A stretch of 64,000 nucleotides of DNA, from the NCBI GenBank assembly GCA_046290225.1, contig JBKAGE010000001.1, forward strand, positions 1-64,000, in the 5' to 3' direction. A program made the position numbers and the translations under genes. The notes below the pieces were generated by a model. That model made no database searches and was not told the origin of the DNA. It saw nothing but the letters and a program-made list of their open reading frames with translations. Each line of letters opens with the position of its first letter. Position 1 is the stretch's first letter. This DNA is from Bradymonadia bacterium. Lineage in GTDB: Bacteria > Myxococcota_A > Bradymonadia > UBA7976 > UBA1532. Shown piece after piece: positions 1 through 13,558 of this stretch.

Positions 1-353
1 AACCCTCTTCCCAGAGAGTCTCGCCACACCCAATACGCACACCGCTCCACTCTGGAACAGACACGGCCTATCATGAAGTAGGGATTTAGACCTTTCGCCC
101 CCTACCCCGAACAGAGTCAAACTACAACGACCCAATTCGAGTGTCTACACCGTTGATTGTCTAAACCTGAATATCTAAAAAAATGCGAAAGGAGAAGAGC
201 ACTTACCCCTTCTTGAAGAAAGGGCAAAGTCTCAATTTCCCGCTCCCCCTCCCTCATTTGAGGGCCTCTACCCCTAGAACCGCTCAAGCACAGTCACCAT
301 GGTCGACTCAGGACCTCATCAGAACTCTCCCTTGGGTTTGACAGTGCGCACAA

Positions 354-1139
354 TCAAATGACCATGCGACTCGCCGGCACAGCCTCAGCAGCAAGAGCCT
401 CTGCCATAGCCCGATCAGTCGACCTCAACACAGCCCCCGTCCAATCCTCGATGTGCCAGGCCCCCACAGACAACGGAGCGAACGTCTCTCCCTCCGGCCG
501 GGGCCAGGGCGTGGCGTAGAAATAGGGCTCCGGAATCCCTGCGTCGCCCGGTGTCATGCCAAAGCCCACGCTCCCCTCGGACTCAGAGTCTTCGTGGGGC
601 TCGAAGATGATCAGTGTCGCCAGATCGAAGTGATGGGGCCAGCAGCGCGCCGGAGAAGAAAGATCGGCATATTGTGCAGCCACCGCGCTCACCACATCGT
701 GTGCTGTGGCGAACCACCGGCTGACCTCTCCATGAGCCGACGTCGGCTCTGGGAAAGGGTCGCCATCAGAGACCTCGTGATGGGGCATATCGTGTGTCGG
801 CAGTGTGAGGGTCACCTCGTCGCCTGCGTGGGCGTCGAGCACTCCTTCGAGCCATGTGAGGCCCTCCTCCAACGTGCGACCCGCCAGGGGGTAGCGCTCG
901 GCGACCTCACCTTCGCAGGCCACCACAATCGTCAGCTCGGCGATCACCAGACCGATCTCCACGCCCGCGACGGGGTGTGTCACCAGGGCGCCCAGCTCAT
1001 GACGCCAGCCGAGGTTGCTGTGGCTCATGTCGGGCCTGGCCTCCATGCGGCCTGCCGCGGCGGAGCACAGGGTGGCCGAGGCGAGGAGCTGTGCGGCCCA
1101 GTGAGCCGTGAGGCGGGCGTCGAGGGTCTGTTGGTCCAT
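354..1139 (-). CDS. Conserved hypothetical protein, DUF5996-like
   Basis: Motifs RCWPHHFDLA and GMTPGD..IPEPYFYATPWP resemble the DUF5996 family. ATG at 1139 (MDQQ) preferred over the track's 1178, which overlaps the upstream gene. Confidence 0.65.
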   Translation of the reverse strand: MDQQTLDARLTAHWAAQLLASATLCSAAAGRMEARPDMSHSNLGWRHELGALVTHPVAGVEIGLVIAELTIVVACEGEVAERYPLAGRTLEEGLTWLEGVLDAHAGDEVTLTLPTHDMPHHEVSDGDPFPEPTSAHGEVSRWFATAHDVVSAVAAQYADLSSPARCWPHHFDLATLIIFEPHEDSESEGSVGFGMTPGDAGIPEPYFYATPWPRPEGETFAPLSVGAWHIEDWTGAVLRSTDRAMAEALAAEAVPASRMVI

Positions 1140-1158
1140 GCGGGTGTGCTCCTGCGTG

Positions 1159-2772
1159 TCAGAGGGGTACGACGCCACCGTAGGGTACGCCGGACAGGTA
1201 GGCGAGATCGCGATTGAAGGTGGTCAGATCGTCGAGACAGAAGTCTTGCAGGCTGTCGTGCCCCATGGCGCGGGCCAGAACGCACATCAGCTCGGTCGTG
1301 GCCTCGAACCAATTGGAGAGGCGCTTCGCCGATGCCGCCACCTTCAGCCGAGCCCGCAGGTTCTCTTTCTGGGTAGCGATGCCCACAGGGCAGTTGTTGG
1401 TGTTGCAGGCCCGCATGCCCAGGCAGCCGATGGCCTGCAGGGCGCTGTTCGAGACCGCCACGCCGTCGGCGCCGAGAGCCATGGCCTTAGCGAAGTCCGC
1501 CTCGGTGCGCAGGCCGCCGGTGGCGATGAGGGTCACGTGGCGCTTCCCTCGGGCGTCGAGGTGTTTGCGGGCCCGGGCGATGGCCGCCACCGTGGGCACC
1601 GAGATGTTGTTGCGGAAGATGTTGGGCGCTGCGCCGGTGCCTCCGCCGCGGCCGTCGAGGATGATGTAGTCACAGCCCACGTCGAGGGCGAAGTCGATGT
1701 CGAGCTCGATGTGCTGGGCGCTGAGCTTGAAGCCGATGGGGATCCCGCCGGAGGCCTCGCGCACCTCGTCGGCCACTCGGCGATAATCCGCGGCGCTGTG
1801 CAGATCCGGGAATCGAGGCGGGGAGATGGCGGGCTGGCCTTCTTTCAAGCCACGGACCTGGGCGATTTTGCCGGTGACCTTGTGGCCCGGCAGGTGACCC
1901 CCGGTCCCGGTCTTGGCCCCCTGCCCTGCCTTGAAGTGGAACGCCTGTACCTGCTTCACCTTGTCGATGGACCAGCCGAAGCGGCCCGAGGCGAGCTCGT
2001 ACAGGTAACGTGAGTTCTCCGCCTGCTCCTCGGGCAACATGCCCCCCTCACCAGAACAGATGCCCGTCCCCGCCATCTGCGCCCCCTTCGACAGGGCCAC
2101 CTTTGCCTCTTCCGAGAGGGCGCCATAGCTCATGTCGGAGACGAAGATCGGGATCTTCATGTGCAGCGGGCGTTTGGCCTCGGGGCCGATGACCAGGCCG
2201 GTGTCGATCTCCACATCTTCCATATGGGGCAGGCGATGAAGCTGCGCGGTGACGAACTGAATGTCGTCCCAGCTGGGCAGCTCGGTGCGGCTCACCCCCA
2301 TGGCGCTCACGGGGCCGTGGTGGCCCACCTTCCTCAGGCCATCGCGGGCCAGGGCCTGGATATGGGCGTTGTGAGGCTCGTCCGGCGTGCCGTGTACATC
2401 CTGGTAGAGGCCGAGGTAGGCGTCACGATCATAGGGCTGCGGGTGGGCCTGCCGAAACGCATCCACAGCATCTTCGTCGACGAAGACCGATCCCTCTTCG
2501 ATCCAGCTCTCGAAACGGTGTAGGGCCTCCGCGTTGTTGTACTCGCTCACCCCCGTGTCGAGGCGATAGTCCCACCCGTGCACCCCACAGATCAGATTCT
2601 GGCCATCGACATGGCCGTCGGACATCAGCGCCCCACGGTGCAGGCAGCGGCCGTACAAGACCGACACCTGCTCATCGAAGCGGGTGACCACCAAATCGAC
2701 ACCAGAGACCAGGGCATAGGCGGGCTTGCGATCTTCGAGATCGTCGAATCGTGCAACGACTACAGGCTTCAT
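1159..2772 (-). CDS. Rieske [2Fe-2S] domain fused to an FMN-binding glutamate synthase-like (GltB2/GlxD-type) domain
   Basis: N-terminal CLH...CGVHGW Rieske motif; MSYGALS, SGEGG, GQGAKTGTGGHLPG, DGRGGGTGAAP; Fe-S motif CLGMRACNTNNCPVGIATQ. Confidence 0.9.
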   Translation of the reverse strand: MKPVVVARFDDLEDRKPAYALVSGVDLVVTRFDEQVSVLYGRCLHRGALMSDGHVDGQNLICGVHGWDYRLDTGVSEYNNAEALHRFESWIEEGSVFVDEDAVDAFRQAHPQPYDRDAYLGLYQDVHGTPDEPHNAHIQALARDGLRKVGHHGPVSAMGVSRTELPSWDDIQFVTAQLHRLPHMEDVEIDTGLVIGPEAKRPLHMKIPIFVSDMSYGALSEEAKVALSKGAQMAGTGICSGEGGMLPEEQAENSRYLYELASGRFGWSIDKVKQVQAFHFKAGQGAKTGTGGHLPGHKVTGKIAQVRGLKEGQPAISPPRFPDLHSAADYRRVADEVREASGGIPIGFKLSAQHIELDIDFALDVGCDYIILDGRGGGTGAAPNIFRNNISVPTVAAIARARKHLDARGKRHVTLIATGGLRTEADFAKAMALGADGVAVSNSALQAIGCLGMRACNTNNCPVGIATQKENLRARLKVAASAKRLSNWFEATTELMCVLARAMGHDSLQDFCLDDLTTFNRDLAYLSGVPYGGVVPL

Positions 2773-3008
2773 GAATGCTCCGAGCTTTCGTGATGTGTGA
2801 GTACGGACAGATCACATCGCCGCTACATCTCCGCCGCGAGATGCAGAAGGGGGCTCGCTCGTTCGCAGCCCTCGACGCGGTGCTTTTCCGTGACGCGAGC
2901 ATAGAGATGACACAGATGGTGGAGAATCGCAGGTTTTCGAACGCACCGTTCCGTGAGTCCGAACACGACAGTGTGAGGATTGGGCGCGGTCGAAGTCCGC
3001 ACGTGGGG

Positions 3009-3254
3009 CTACATGGCCGAGATCAGCGCCCCTCTGATCAGATGGATCAACACCAGAAGGATGATCGGAGAGATGTCCATCCCACCCATCTTCTCGGGAT
3101 CAGCGATGGCCCGAATCGGCGCGTAGAGGGGGGCCGTCAGCTGTGAGGTGATGTCTCGGGGGAACTGGTTGATCGGCATCACCCAGCTCAGCACAGCGTC
3201 GATGATGACGATGAAGCTCACCACCGACAGAAAAGAGGCGATGAATCCGATCAT
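3009..3254 (-). CDS. yggT: YggT family membrane protein
   Basis: 81 aa hydrophobic protein with LSWV...LTAPLYAPIR...GGMDISPII signature. Confidence 0.85.
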   Translation of the reverse strand: MIGFIASFLSVVSFIVIIDAVLSWVMPINQFPRDITSQLTAPLYAPIRAIADPEKMGGMDISPIILLVLIHLIRGALISAM

Positions 3255-3410
3255 CCAGCCACGCTCCTTCGATCCCCTACGGGGTGTGTCTCACCCGTAC
3301 ACGTTCGTTGACCCGCCCCTACCTGCGCAAGGTCTCTTTGCCGATGCAATGAATCAATGTGGCGTTTCGTTTCGGCGAATGCCTGATCGCAGTGAGATTC
3401 GAGCAGCCTT

Positions 3411-6959
<3,549 letters not shown>

Positions 6960-6965
6960 CTGCGC

Positions 6966-7024
6966 CTCAGTGATATTGGCTCAGTGGTACTGGCTCACTG
7001 GCCCCCGACTCACTGGCCCCCGAC
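6966..7024. repeat. Short tandem array (14,14,15,15 nt units) between convergent genes
   Basis: ctcagtgatattgg / ctcagtggtactgg / ctcactggcccccga / ctcactggcccccga; the last two units are identical. Confidence 0.8.
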
Positions 7025-8383
7025 CTGAGGCACCTTGTCCAAGGCGGCCTGGGCGGCCTCGATGGCCTTTTGATCTCGCATGCTCATGGGCAGACCGGTG
7101 AGGGTGGCCACGGCCCCCATGCGGGCGGCGCGCTCCTCAGTGACCTGCTTGAGGGCCTTGTGGATGTCGCCGAGCAAGGTGAAGAGGCGCGCTCGGCGAG
7201 GGCCGTAGGCGAGGGCGAGGGCCTTCTTGGCGGGCTTGAGGGCCTCGTCGTGACGCTCCAGTCGGTGAAGCAACCACGCCAGCCGATAATGGGCATCGTA
7301 CTCTTCGGGCAGCTGTTGGGCGGTGTAGCGCAGGTGATCGACGAGATCCATGCCCCGATCCAGGAACAAGTACACCTCAGTCCTCGGCCAGCTGTACATC
7401 ATGCGGGCCTTGGGATCAGCGGTGCCGAAGGCGAAAGCGTCGAGCATCTGCAGCTGCGTGTTGGCCAGCTCCTGGGCCTGTCGCTTGAGCCCCAGGCGCA
7501 CCATGAGGGTACGTAGGATGCGCATGGCGTCCGAGTGGTCGTCGAGGGTGAGCTTGCCCTCGGCCTCGGCGAGGATGGCCTCGAGGCGCACCGCGGCGCG
7601 CTTGCGGAATCTCACGATGGCGGTGCGGTGATCGTCATTGACCCGCTCGAGGGCCACGGCGCAGGTGTCCACGGTCTGCACGAAATCTGCAGCGCTCGCC
7701 GCCACGCGTCGTGTGGCGATGACCAGCTGAGATCCGCCCATCTTGAGGCACTGGGCATATCGACCGGCACGCTGCAACGCCAGTACGAGGCTGCCCACCA
7801 GCTCTTGCCGACGCTCGAGACCCTGAGGTGAGAGGGTGAGGGCCTTGCGATACCGCATGGCCGCCTCTTGGTACTCGCCGTCGGCCATGAGGGCGTCAGC
7901 GGCCCGCCACTGTGCGAGATGAGGCTCGAGGCCCTCTTTGCGCTTCACCACCCCCGTGTGACCTGCCTGGCCCTGCTTGAGCAAACCGATGATCTGCTCT
8001 GGAGTGGCGGCCCCCACGAGGCGCCCTTGGATCGATCCGTCCACGGGGCTGGCCACATAGAGCGTGGGCCAGGCTTCTACGGGCAGATCGTCCAGGGCCT
8101 CGGCGTTCTCGGGCTTGTCGGTGTCGAGGGCGAGCCACACGAACTTCTTGGCGAAAGGCTCGAGCTTCTTGTCGGTGAAGACGTGGGCCTTCATCGACAA
8201 GCAGGTGTGGCACCAGGGGGCCCAGAGATCGACCACCAGGGGCACACGCTTCTTCTTGGCCAGCTCCATGGCCTTGGCGTAGTCGTCTTTGATCCACTCG
8301 ATGCCCTTGCCGTGGGCCGAGCCGAGACAGATCAACATCAGGGCCCCGACGAGGAGGCCGATCTTCGAGGGGCGGGTGCTCAC
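7010..8383 (-). CDS. Exported thioredoxin-fold protein with C-terminal TPR/helical repeats
   Basis: Signal peptide, DLWAPWCHTC CxxC motif, WPT cis-Pro loop, TPR-like YDAHYRLAWLL. GTG start at 8383 overlaps the upstream stop (GTGA). Confidence 0.85.
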   Translation of the reverse strand: MSTRPSKIGLLVGALMLICLGSAHGKGIEWIKDDYAKAMELAKKKRVPLVVDLWAPWCHTCLSMKAHVFTDKKLEPFAKKFVWLALDTDKPENAEALDDLPVEAWPTLYVASPVDGSIQGRLVGAATPEQIIGLLKQGQAGHTGVVKRKEGLEPHLAQWRAADALMADGEYQEAAMRYRKALTLSPQGLERRQELVGSLVLALQRAGRYAQCLKMGGSQLVIATRRVAASAADFVQTVDTCAVALERVNDDHRTAIVRFRKRAAVRLEAILAEAEGKLTLDDHSDAMRILRTLMVRLGLKRQAQELANTQLQMLDAFAFGTADPKARMMYSWPRTEVYLFLDRGMDLVDHLRYTAQQLPEEYDAHYRLAWLLHRLERHDEALKPAKKALALAYGPRRARLFTLLGDIHKALKQVTEERAARMGAVATLTGLPMSMRDQKAIEAAQAALDKVPQVGGQ

Positions 8384-9669
8384 GAGAGGCGCTCCAGAGT
8401 GGCCATTTGAATGCACAGCGCGAAGAGCTCGGTGGCCACGGTGAGATCGCTCACTGACGGCAAGGAAGGCGCGATGCGGATGTTCCGATCACGGGGATCC
8501 TTCCGATGAGGGAAAGTGGCCCCTGCAGGGGTGAGCTTCACCCCCGCGGCCCCGGCGAGCTCCACGATCCGCGTGGCGCAGCCGTCGAGGGTGTCCACGC
8601 TGATGAAGTAGCCCCCCTCCGGCTCGGTCCAGGTGGCCAGCCCCGAGCCTTCGAGCTCGCTCTTGAGCACGTTCACCACCGCTTGGAATCGAGGCCGCAA
8701 CAGCTCGGCATGCTTCTTCATGTGATCCCGAACGCCGTTGATGTCGCCGAAGAACCGCAGATGACGCAGCTGGTTGAGCTTGTCGGGGCCGATGGTGCGC
8801 TTCGAAGTGTGCAGGCGCATCCAGTCGATGTTGGCAGCGCTGGCCCCCAAGGCTGCCAGGCCACCGCCGGCGAAGGAGATCTTCGAGGTGGAGGCGAACA
8901 TCAGGGCCCGATCGGGGTTGCCGGCAGCCACACAGGCGTTGAGCAGACTGGCCATGGGCTTGGGGCGATCGACGAGGTGATGCTCGGCGTAGGCGTTGTC
9001 CCACCAGATGCGGAAGTCGGGGGCCGCGGTCTTCATCGCCGCGAGGCGGCAAATGACGTCGTCGCTGTAGACGATGCCGGTGGGGTTGCTGTAACGCGGC
9101 ACCGCCCACATGCCCTTGATGGCCGGATCGGCGGCGACGAGGGCCTCGACTTGATCCATGTCCGGGCCGTCGTCACCGAGGGGCACGGAGATCATCTCGA
9201 TGCCGAAGTGCTGGCAGATCGAGAAGTGCCGATCGTAACCGGGTACGGGGCAGATCCACTTCACGGGCCCCTTGAGCCAGGGGCCTTCGCCACCAGGCAC
9301 CCCATGAGTGAGGGCCTGCACCACGGCGTCGTGCATCAAGGTGAGGCTGGCGTTGCCACCCACGAGAATCTGATCCGGGGGGCAGTCGAGGTAGTCCCCA
9401 AAGAGGGCCTTCAGCTCGGGCAGGCCGTCCACCCCACCATAGTTGCGGCAGTCCACCCCACCAGGAGAGGTGTGATCCCCTGGGGGCACCGAGGCGAGCA
9501 TCTCCTCTGCGAGGTCGAGCTGCTCCGGGCCGGGCTTACCCCGGGTCATGTCCAGGGCGAGGCCTCGCGCCACGAAGGCGTCATAGCGGCTCTTGATCTT
9601 GGCGGCTTTCTCTCGAAGCCCCTTGATCTGCTCGTCGGTGAGGGGCATCTCCAAAGCGTTCACTCTCAT
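8380..9669 (-). CDS. PLP-dependent aminotransferase class I/II (AspT-like aspartate aminotransferase)
   Basis: LDMTRGKP, PGYDRHF, YSNPTG, WDNAY, STSKISFAG (PLP lysine), RNIRIAPS. Confidence 0.9.
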   Translation of the reverse strand: MRVNALEMPLTDEQIKGLREKAAKIKSRYDAFVARGLALDMTRGKPGPEQLDLAEEMLASVPPGDHTSPGGVDCRNYGGVDGLPELKALFGDYLDCPPDQILVGGNASLTLMHDAVVQALTHGVPGGEGPWLKGPVKWICPVPGYDRHFSICQHFGIEMISVPLGDDGPDMDQVEALVAADPAIKGMWAVPRYSNPTGIVYSDDVICRLAAMKTAAPDFRIWWDNAYAEHHLVDRPKPMASLLNACVAAGNPDRALMFASTSKISFAGGGLAALGASAANIDWMRLHTSKRTIGPDKLNQLRHLRFFGDINGVRDHMKKHAELLRPRFQAVVNVLKSELEGSGLATWTEPEGGYFISVDTLDGCATRIVELAGAAGVKLTPAGATFPHRKDPRDRNIRIAPSLPSVSDLTVATELFALCIQMATLERLS

Positions 9670-9744
9670 CCTCCGTGATTCGCCGGGCCCATCGACGCCC
9701 AGGCGCCGTGGAGTGTATTGGAATCGGCCACCAAAGGGGAACCC

Positions 9745-10752
9745 ATGGGGCGTTTTACCGTCGGCTCGTTCAATCTGCGCAACCTCGTACGGCCGGGGGT
9801 GCCGTACTACGGCCGAGAGGGCGACTCACCCCGAGAGGTGCAGCGCAAACAAGTCTGGATCGGCAGGCAGCTCGACAACATGAGGGCAGAGATCGTCGGC
9901 GTGCAGGAAGTCTTCCACGCCGACGCCCTCGCCGGGGCCGTGGAGCGCAGCCGCATGGGGCGCCACAACGCCACGGTGCACGTCTCCGAGCGCGAAGGCG
10001 ACGACGGCCCCCTGCCCTCTGTAGGGCTCGTCACCACGCTGCCGGTGAAACGCTGCGAGTTCATCGAGAGCTTCCCCAGCGCCGGCTGTCTGCAGCTCTC
10101 CGAGGGGGCGAACCCGGTCGATCGCTTCTCACGACCTGTGCTCCGGGCCGAGATCGAGCTGCCCACAGGGCCCACGGTGGTGGTCTTCGTGGTGCACCTG
10201 AAGTCGAAGCGCCCGGAGATGCTCGACGGCGAGGACGAGCACGATCCGATGCACCGGGCCACGGGCAAGGCCCGCTCGTTGATCCGACGCGCCTCGGAGG
10301 CCATCGCCCTGCGCCACCTGCTCGTCGAGGCGCTCCACGACACCGACACCCCCGTGATGGTCATGGGGGATCTCAACGATGCCGGCGGCGCGGTGACCTC
10401 GGACATCATCACCGGCAGCCCGCCCTGGGGCCGTCTGCCCGAGCGGCAGAAGCAGGCGCTGTGGGACGTATTGCTCTACAACGTCAAAGACATACAGGCG
10501 CGGCAGAGCCACAAAGATGTCTATTACACCCACCTGCACAATGGTCATTACGACGCCCTCGACCACATCCTGGTGAGCCAGGAGTTCTCGCGGGGCAACC
10601 GTAGGGGGATCGGCCACGTGGAGTACGTGCAGGTGCTCAACGATCACCTCGTCGATCGCACCCTCGCCCGCCGCAAGACGCCCCGCTGGCACTCGGATCA
10701 CGGGCTGGTGGTGGCGACGTTCAAGCTCTACGAACCCTCCAAGACGCGCTGA
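9745..10752 (+). CDS. Endonuclease/exonuclease/phosphatase (EEP) family protein
   Basis: SFNLRNL, GVQEV, HLKSKR, MGDLND, LDHILVS, SDHG motifs; RBS aagggga before ATG 9745. Confidence 0.9.
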   Translation: MGRFTVGSFNLRNLVRPGVPYYGREGDSPREVQRKQVWIGRQLDNMRAEIVGVQEVFHADALAGAVERSRMGRHNATVHVSEREGDDGPLPSVGLVTTLPVKRCEFIESFPSAGCLQLSEGANPVDRFSRPVLRAEIELPTGPTVVVFVVHLKSKRPEMLDGEDEHDPMHRATGKARSLIRRASEAIALRHLLVEALHDTDTPVMVMGDLNDAGGAVTSDIITGSPPWGRLPERQKQALWDVLLYNVKDIQARQSHKDVYYTHLHNGHYDALDHILVSQEFSRGNRRGIGHVEYVQVLNDHLVDRTLARRKTPRWHSDHGLVVATFKLYEPSKTR

Positions 10753-10772
10753 TACAGCCCACGAGGTGCCCC

Positions 10773-13358
10773 ATGACCCACGCCCTGCCCGAGGCCCTCG
10801 CTCAGCTCGAGGCCGCCCGAGATACCGCCACCGAAGCGCAGAAGATCGCCGCCCGCACACTGCTGCACCGCGGAGTGCTCAAAGATGCCGAGATGCCCGA
10901 CCAGCTGGGCTTCTGGGGAGCGTTGCTCGTCGAGGTCGAAGCGCTGGGCAGCGCGGAGATCGGGTACAGCGTGCCCGGCCGCGTGGAGGGCGCCGCCGCA
11001 GCCCTGAAGGGGCACAGCCTCACCCCGTGGATCTGCGTGGCCTTCGTTCGGGCCGCGTGCGCAGGCCACCGCAAGAATGTCAGTCGCATGTTGAGCCAGT
11101 GGATGCGCGCCGAGCCCGAGGGCTTGCTGATTCCGCTACGATATTGGCTCGCGCAACCCCGAGATCCCAGCCAGGCCGCCCTCACAGGTATGCTGTCCCG
11201 GCACTGTGGCTCTGAAGACGTGCCCTTGCTCGTCGCCCTGGGCACCGGGGGTAAACAGAACACTCAAAAGACCAGAGAGTTTGCCCACAATGCCCTCGTC
11301 GCCATGGGGCCGGCGGTGTACGACGCAGTCCTCGACGGTGCACAGGCCGGTCGAGGTGCGCAGGTGGGTCGAGGCGCGAACGCGTTGTTCTCGATGCTCT
11401 CCAGAATCACCCCCGACACTGCAGATCAGGTGCTGCACGTGGTCCAGCGCATGCGGGCCGAGCACAGAATCCACATCGTCAGCTTGAGCCTTTGTCAGTT
11501 CGTTTTGTCTCACAATCAAGTGCTCGGCTTTGCCGAAAGCCTCGACATCTTGAAGCAAGAGTCAGGGAACAACTCGATGGTCGGGCACTACATGGGTCAG
11601 TTGCTCCATCAGAACGCAGGTGACGCGGCCCGATCTGCAGCTCTGGCATTGTTGAGTGATCCTGCCTTCATCTGTACCGAAGCGGCAGTGACGTACTTTC
11701 GTATACACCCTCACGGCGAAGCCGCCGAAGGTCTGAAAAAGCTTCTACAACGCCCAGAAGCGCAAAAGAGCCACCATCAGGAGTCGATCGGCCGCGTCTT
11801 CAACGCATGCAACCGGCTCACTCAGGCCGCGATCCACAAGGTGGCGCCAGCGGCAGACATCGCCGAGCTCGACGCCCTACTCGCTCAGGCGGCGCCTGCT
11901 CAAGCTGTGGAGCACCGATACGTCAAGCTGCCCGACACCCTGCCTGCGCTTCGATGGGAAAACGGCTCAGAGCTCTCCCCCGCAGCTCAGTCATGGGTGA
12001 TGTTTCAGCTGGCCAGTGAATCGACGGCGTTGAACGCCGATCTCTACGCCGTGCGTCGCCGCTGGCAACCAGAGAGCGCATCTGCCTGGCTGGCGGCGGC
12101 CTGTGATCACTTCTCTGGCGGCGAGCCCTGGCCCGAATGGGCTGCAGTGACGTGGAGCGACAACAGCATCCACTACGAGCGTCGATATGGCGTGGACACA
12201 TTGGTCCTGTATCACGGCCACATGGGCAATGATGCCCAGATTCAGGCCCTTCATGATGCCTGCTACAGCCTGAGCACCCACCCGATGCGCATGTTCGATG
12301 CCTTCGCGGCGAGCGCGCTGCCCAGCGCCATCGGTGCCCTCGAGACCTGGGCCCGTAAGGGCCTGAAAGAAGGCCGCCCCCGGGACAAGCGGACGACGAA
12401 GTACACAGCCAGTCGGGCACTCGAGGCCATGGCGAAGCGGATGGGGCTCTCGGTGGGCGCCCTGAGCCTGATGAGCGTGCCCTATCTGGGCTTCGACGAC
12501 GCAGGCCAACACACGCTGAGCTACGACGGACGAGACGTCATCCTCGAAGTACAGTCCGACGGTAAACTGGCCGTGCTCGACAAAGGCAAAAAACGCAGCA
12601 GCCTGCCCAAAGCGAGCGTCAACGCCGACATCGCCGAGACCGAGAGGGCCAAGGGGCGCTTCAAAGCGATCAAATCGACCTTGAGCAAAGCCCTCAAAGC
12701 CCAAGGCGAGCGTCTTGAAGAGGCTTTGATGCATGGCACTCGCCTCACCCCTGCGGTGTGGTCCGACATCTTCCAGCGGCATCCCATCGGCCGCGTGCTT
12801 GGGCAAGCCCTCGTGTTCTCGGCTCACCCGGAATCCGGAGACGCTCCATTCTTCTTCGGCCTCGATGTATCTGGAGACGCCTGTGATGTCGAAGGCGCAA
12901 CGGTTCAGATCCATGATGCCTCTGTAGCCCTGACACACCCGGCAGACATGGAAGCTGAGGCACTCTCGGCATGGCGTGAGCGACTGAAAGGCATGACTCC
13001 GCCCATCAAGCAACTCGATCGCATGGTGCACACCCCACCCGCATCTGGAGCCCCCTTCGGGATGTTCTATGCGTCCGGTGGTGCCCGCCCAGTGGATCCA
13101 GGTCGACTGATCCGCAGCTTCGGCAAGCTCAACATGGTGATGTACGGCCAAAACAGCAGAGCATGGGTCGACACCGCAGAATGGCGCCTCGGAGACCGCA
13201 CTGTGGTCATCTCCCACAGCGGCTGGCCGATTCGCACCCGTGATGCAGTCGACCCGGTGGAGATCCTCGAGATTTCAGTCACGGGTGGTGAGCTCTCTGT
13301 GTCCACCTACAGCGAGATCTGCAAGGTGTTCTCAGAACTCTTGGGTGTGATCCTCTGA
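10773..13358 (+). CDS. DUF4132 domain-containing protein with N-terminal helical repeats
   Basis: C-terminal VPYLGFD...LPK...RLEEALMHG...W..IFQRHPIGRVLGQALVF...HP..W...PIKQLDR pattern. Confidence 0.75.
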   Translation: MTHALPEALAQLEAARDTATEAQKIAARTLLHRGVLKDAEMPDQLGFWGALLVEVEALGSAEIGYSVPGRVEGAAAALKGHSLTPWICVAFVRAACAGHRKNVSRMLSQWMRAEPEGLLIPLRYWLAQPRDPSQAALTGMLSRHCGSEDVPLLVALGTGGKQNTQKTREFAHNALVAMGPAVYDAVLDGAQAGRGAQVGRGANALFSMLSRITPDTADQVLHVVQRMRAEHRIHIVSLSLCQFVLSHNQVLGFAESLDILKQESGNNSMVGHYMGQLLHQNAGDAARSAALALLSDPAFICTEAAVTYFRIHPHGEAAEGLKKLLQRPEAQKSHHQESIGRVFNACNRLTQAAIHKVAPAADIAELDALLAQAAPAQAVEHRYVKLPDTLPALRWENGSELSPAAQSWVMFQLASESTALNADLYAVRRRWQPESASAWLAAACDHFSGGEPWPEWAAVTWSDNSIHYERRYGVDTLVLYHGHMGNDAQIQALHDACYSLSTHPMRMFDAFAASALPSAIGALETWARKGLKEGRPRDKRTTKYTASRALEAMAKRMGLSVGALSLMSVPYLGFDDAGQHTLSYDGRDVILEVQSDGKLAVLDKGKKRSSLPKASVNADIAETERAKGRFKAIKSTLSKALKAQGERLEEALMHGTRLTPAVWSDIFQRHPIGRVLGQALVFSAHPESGDAPFFFGLDVSGDACDVEGATVQIHDASVALTHPADMEAEALSAWRERLKGMTPPIKQLDRMVHTPPASGAPFGMFYASGGARPVDPGRLIRSFGKLNMVMYGQNSRAWVDTAEWRLGDRTVVISHSGWPIRTRDAVDPVEILEISVTGGELSVSTYSEICKVFSELLGVIL

Positions 13359-13558
13359 GGCGAGGGTCATGGTGGGTCCACCCAGACTCCACATTTTATA
13401 TATTTTCCAAACTCTCGTTATAGGGGCATATCGCGCAATGTTCACCATGTGTGGGATCCTTTATGCTCAGGTCACAGTTCGCCCACAGCCCCCCGCCTGA
13501 AGACGTCTATCTTAGGCCCAACAAATACATAGCAAATGCCCCGAAGACAGGGAGATAG

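Noticed and set aside
1..353. Lower-GC, G-poor stretch at the window start as a possible RNA gene or element end
   Set aside because: No tRNA/rRNA motif, credible ORF or repeat recognised; context lies outside the window.
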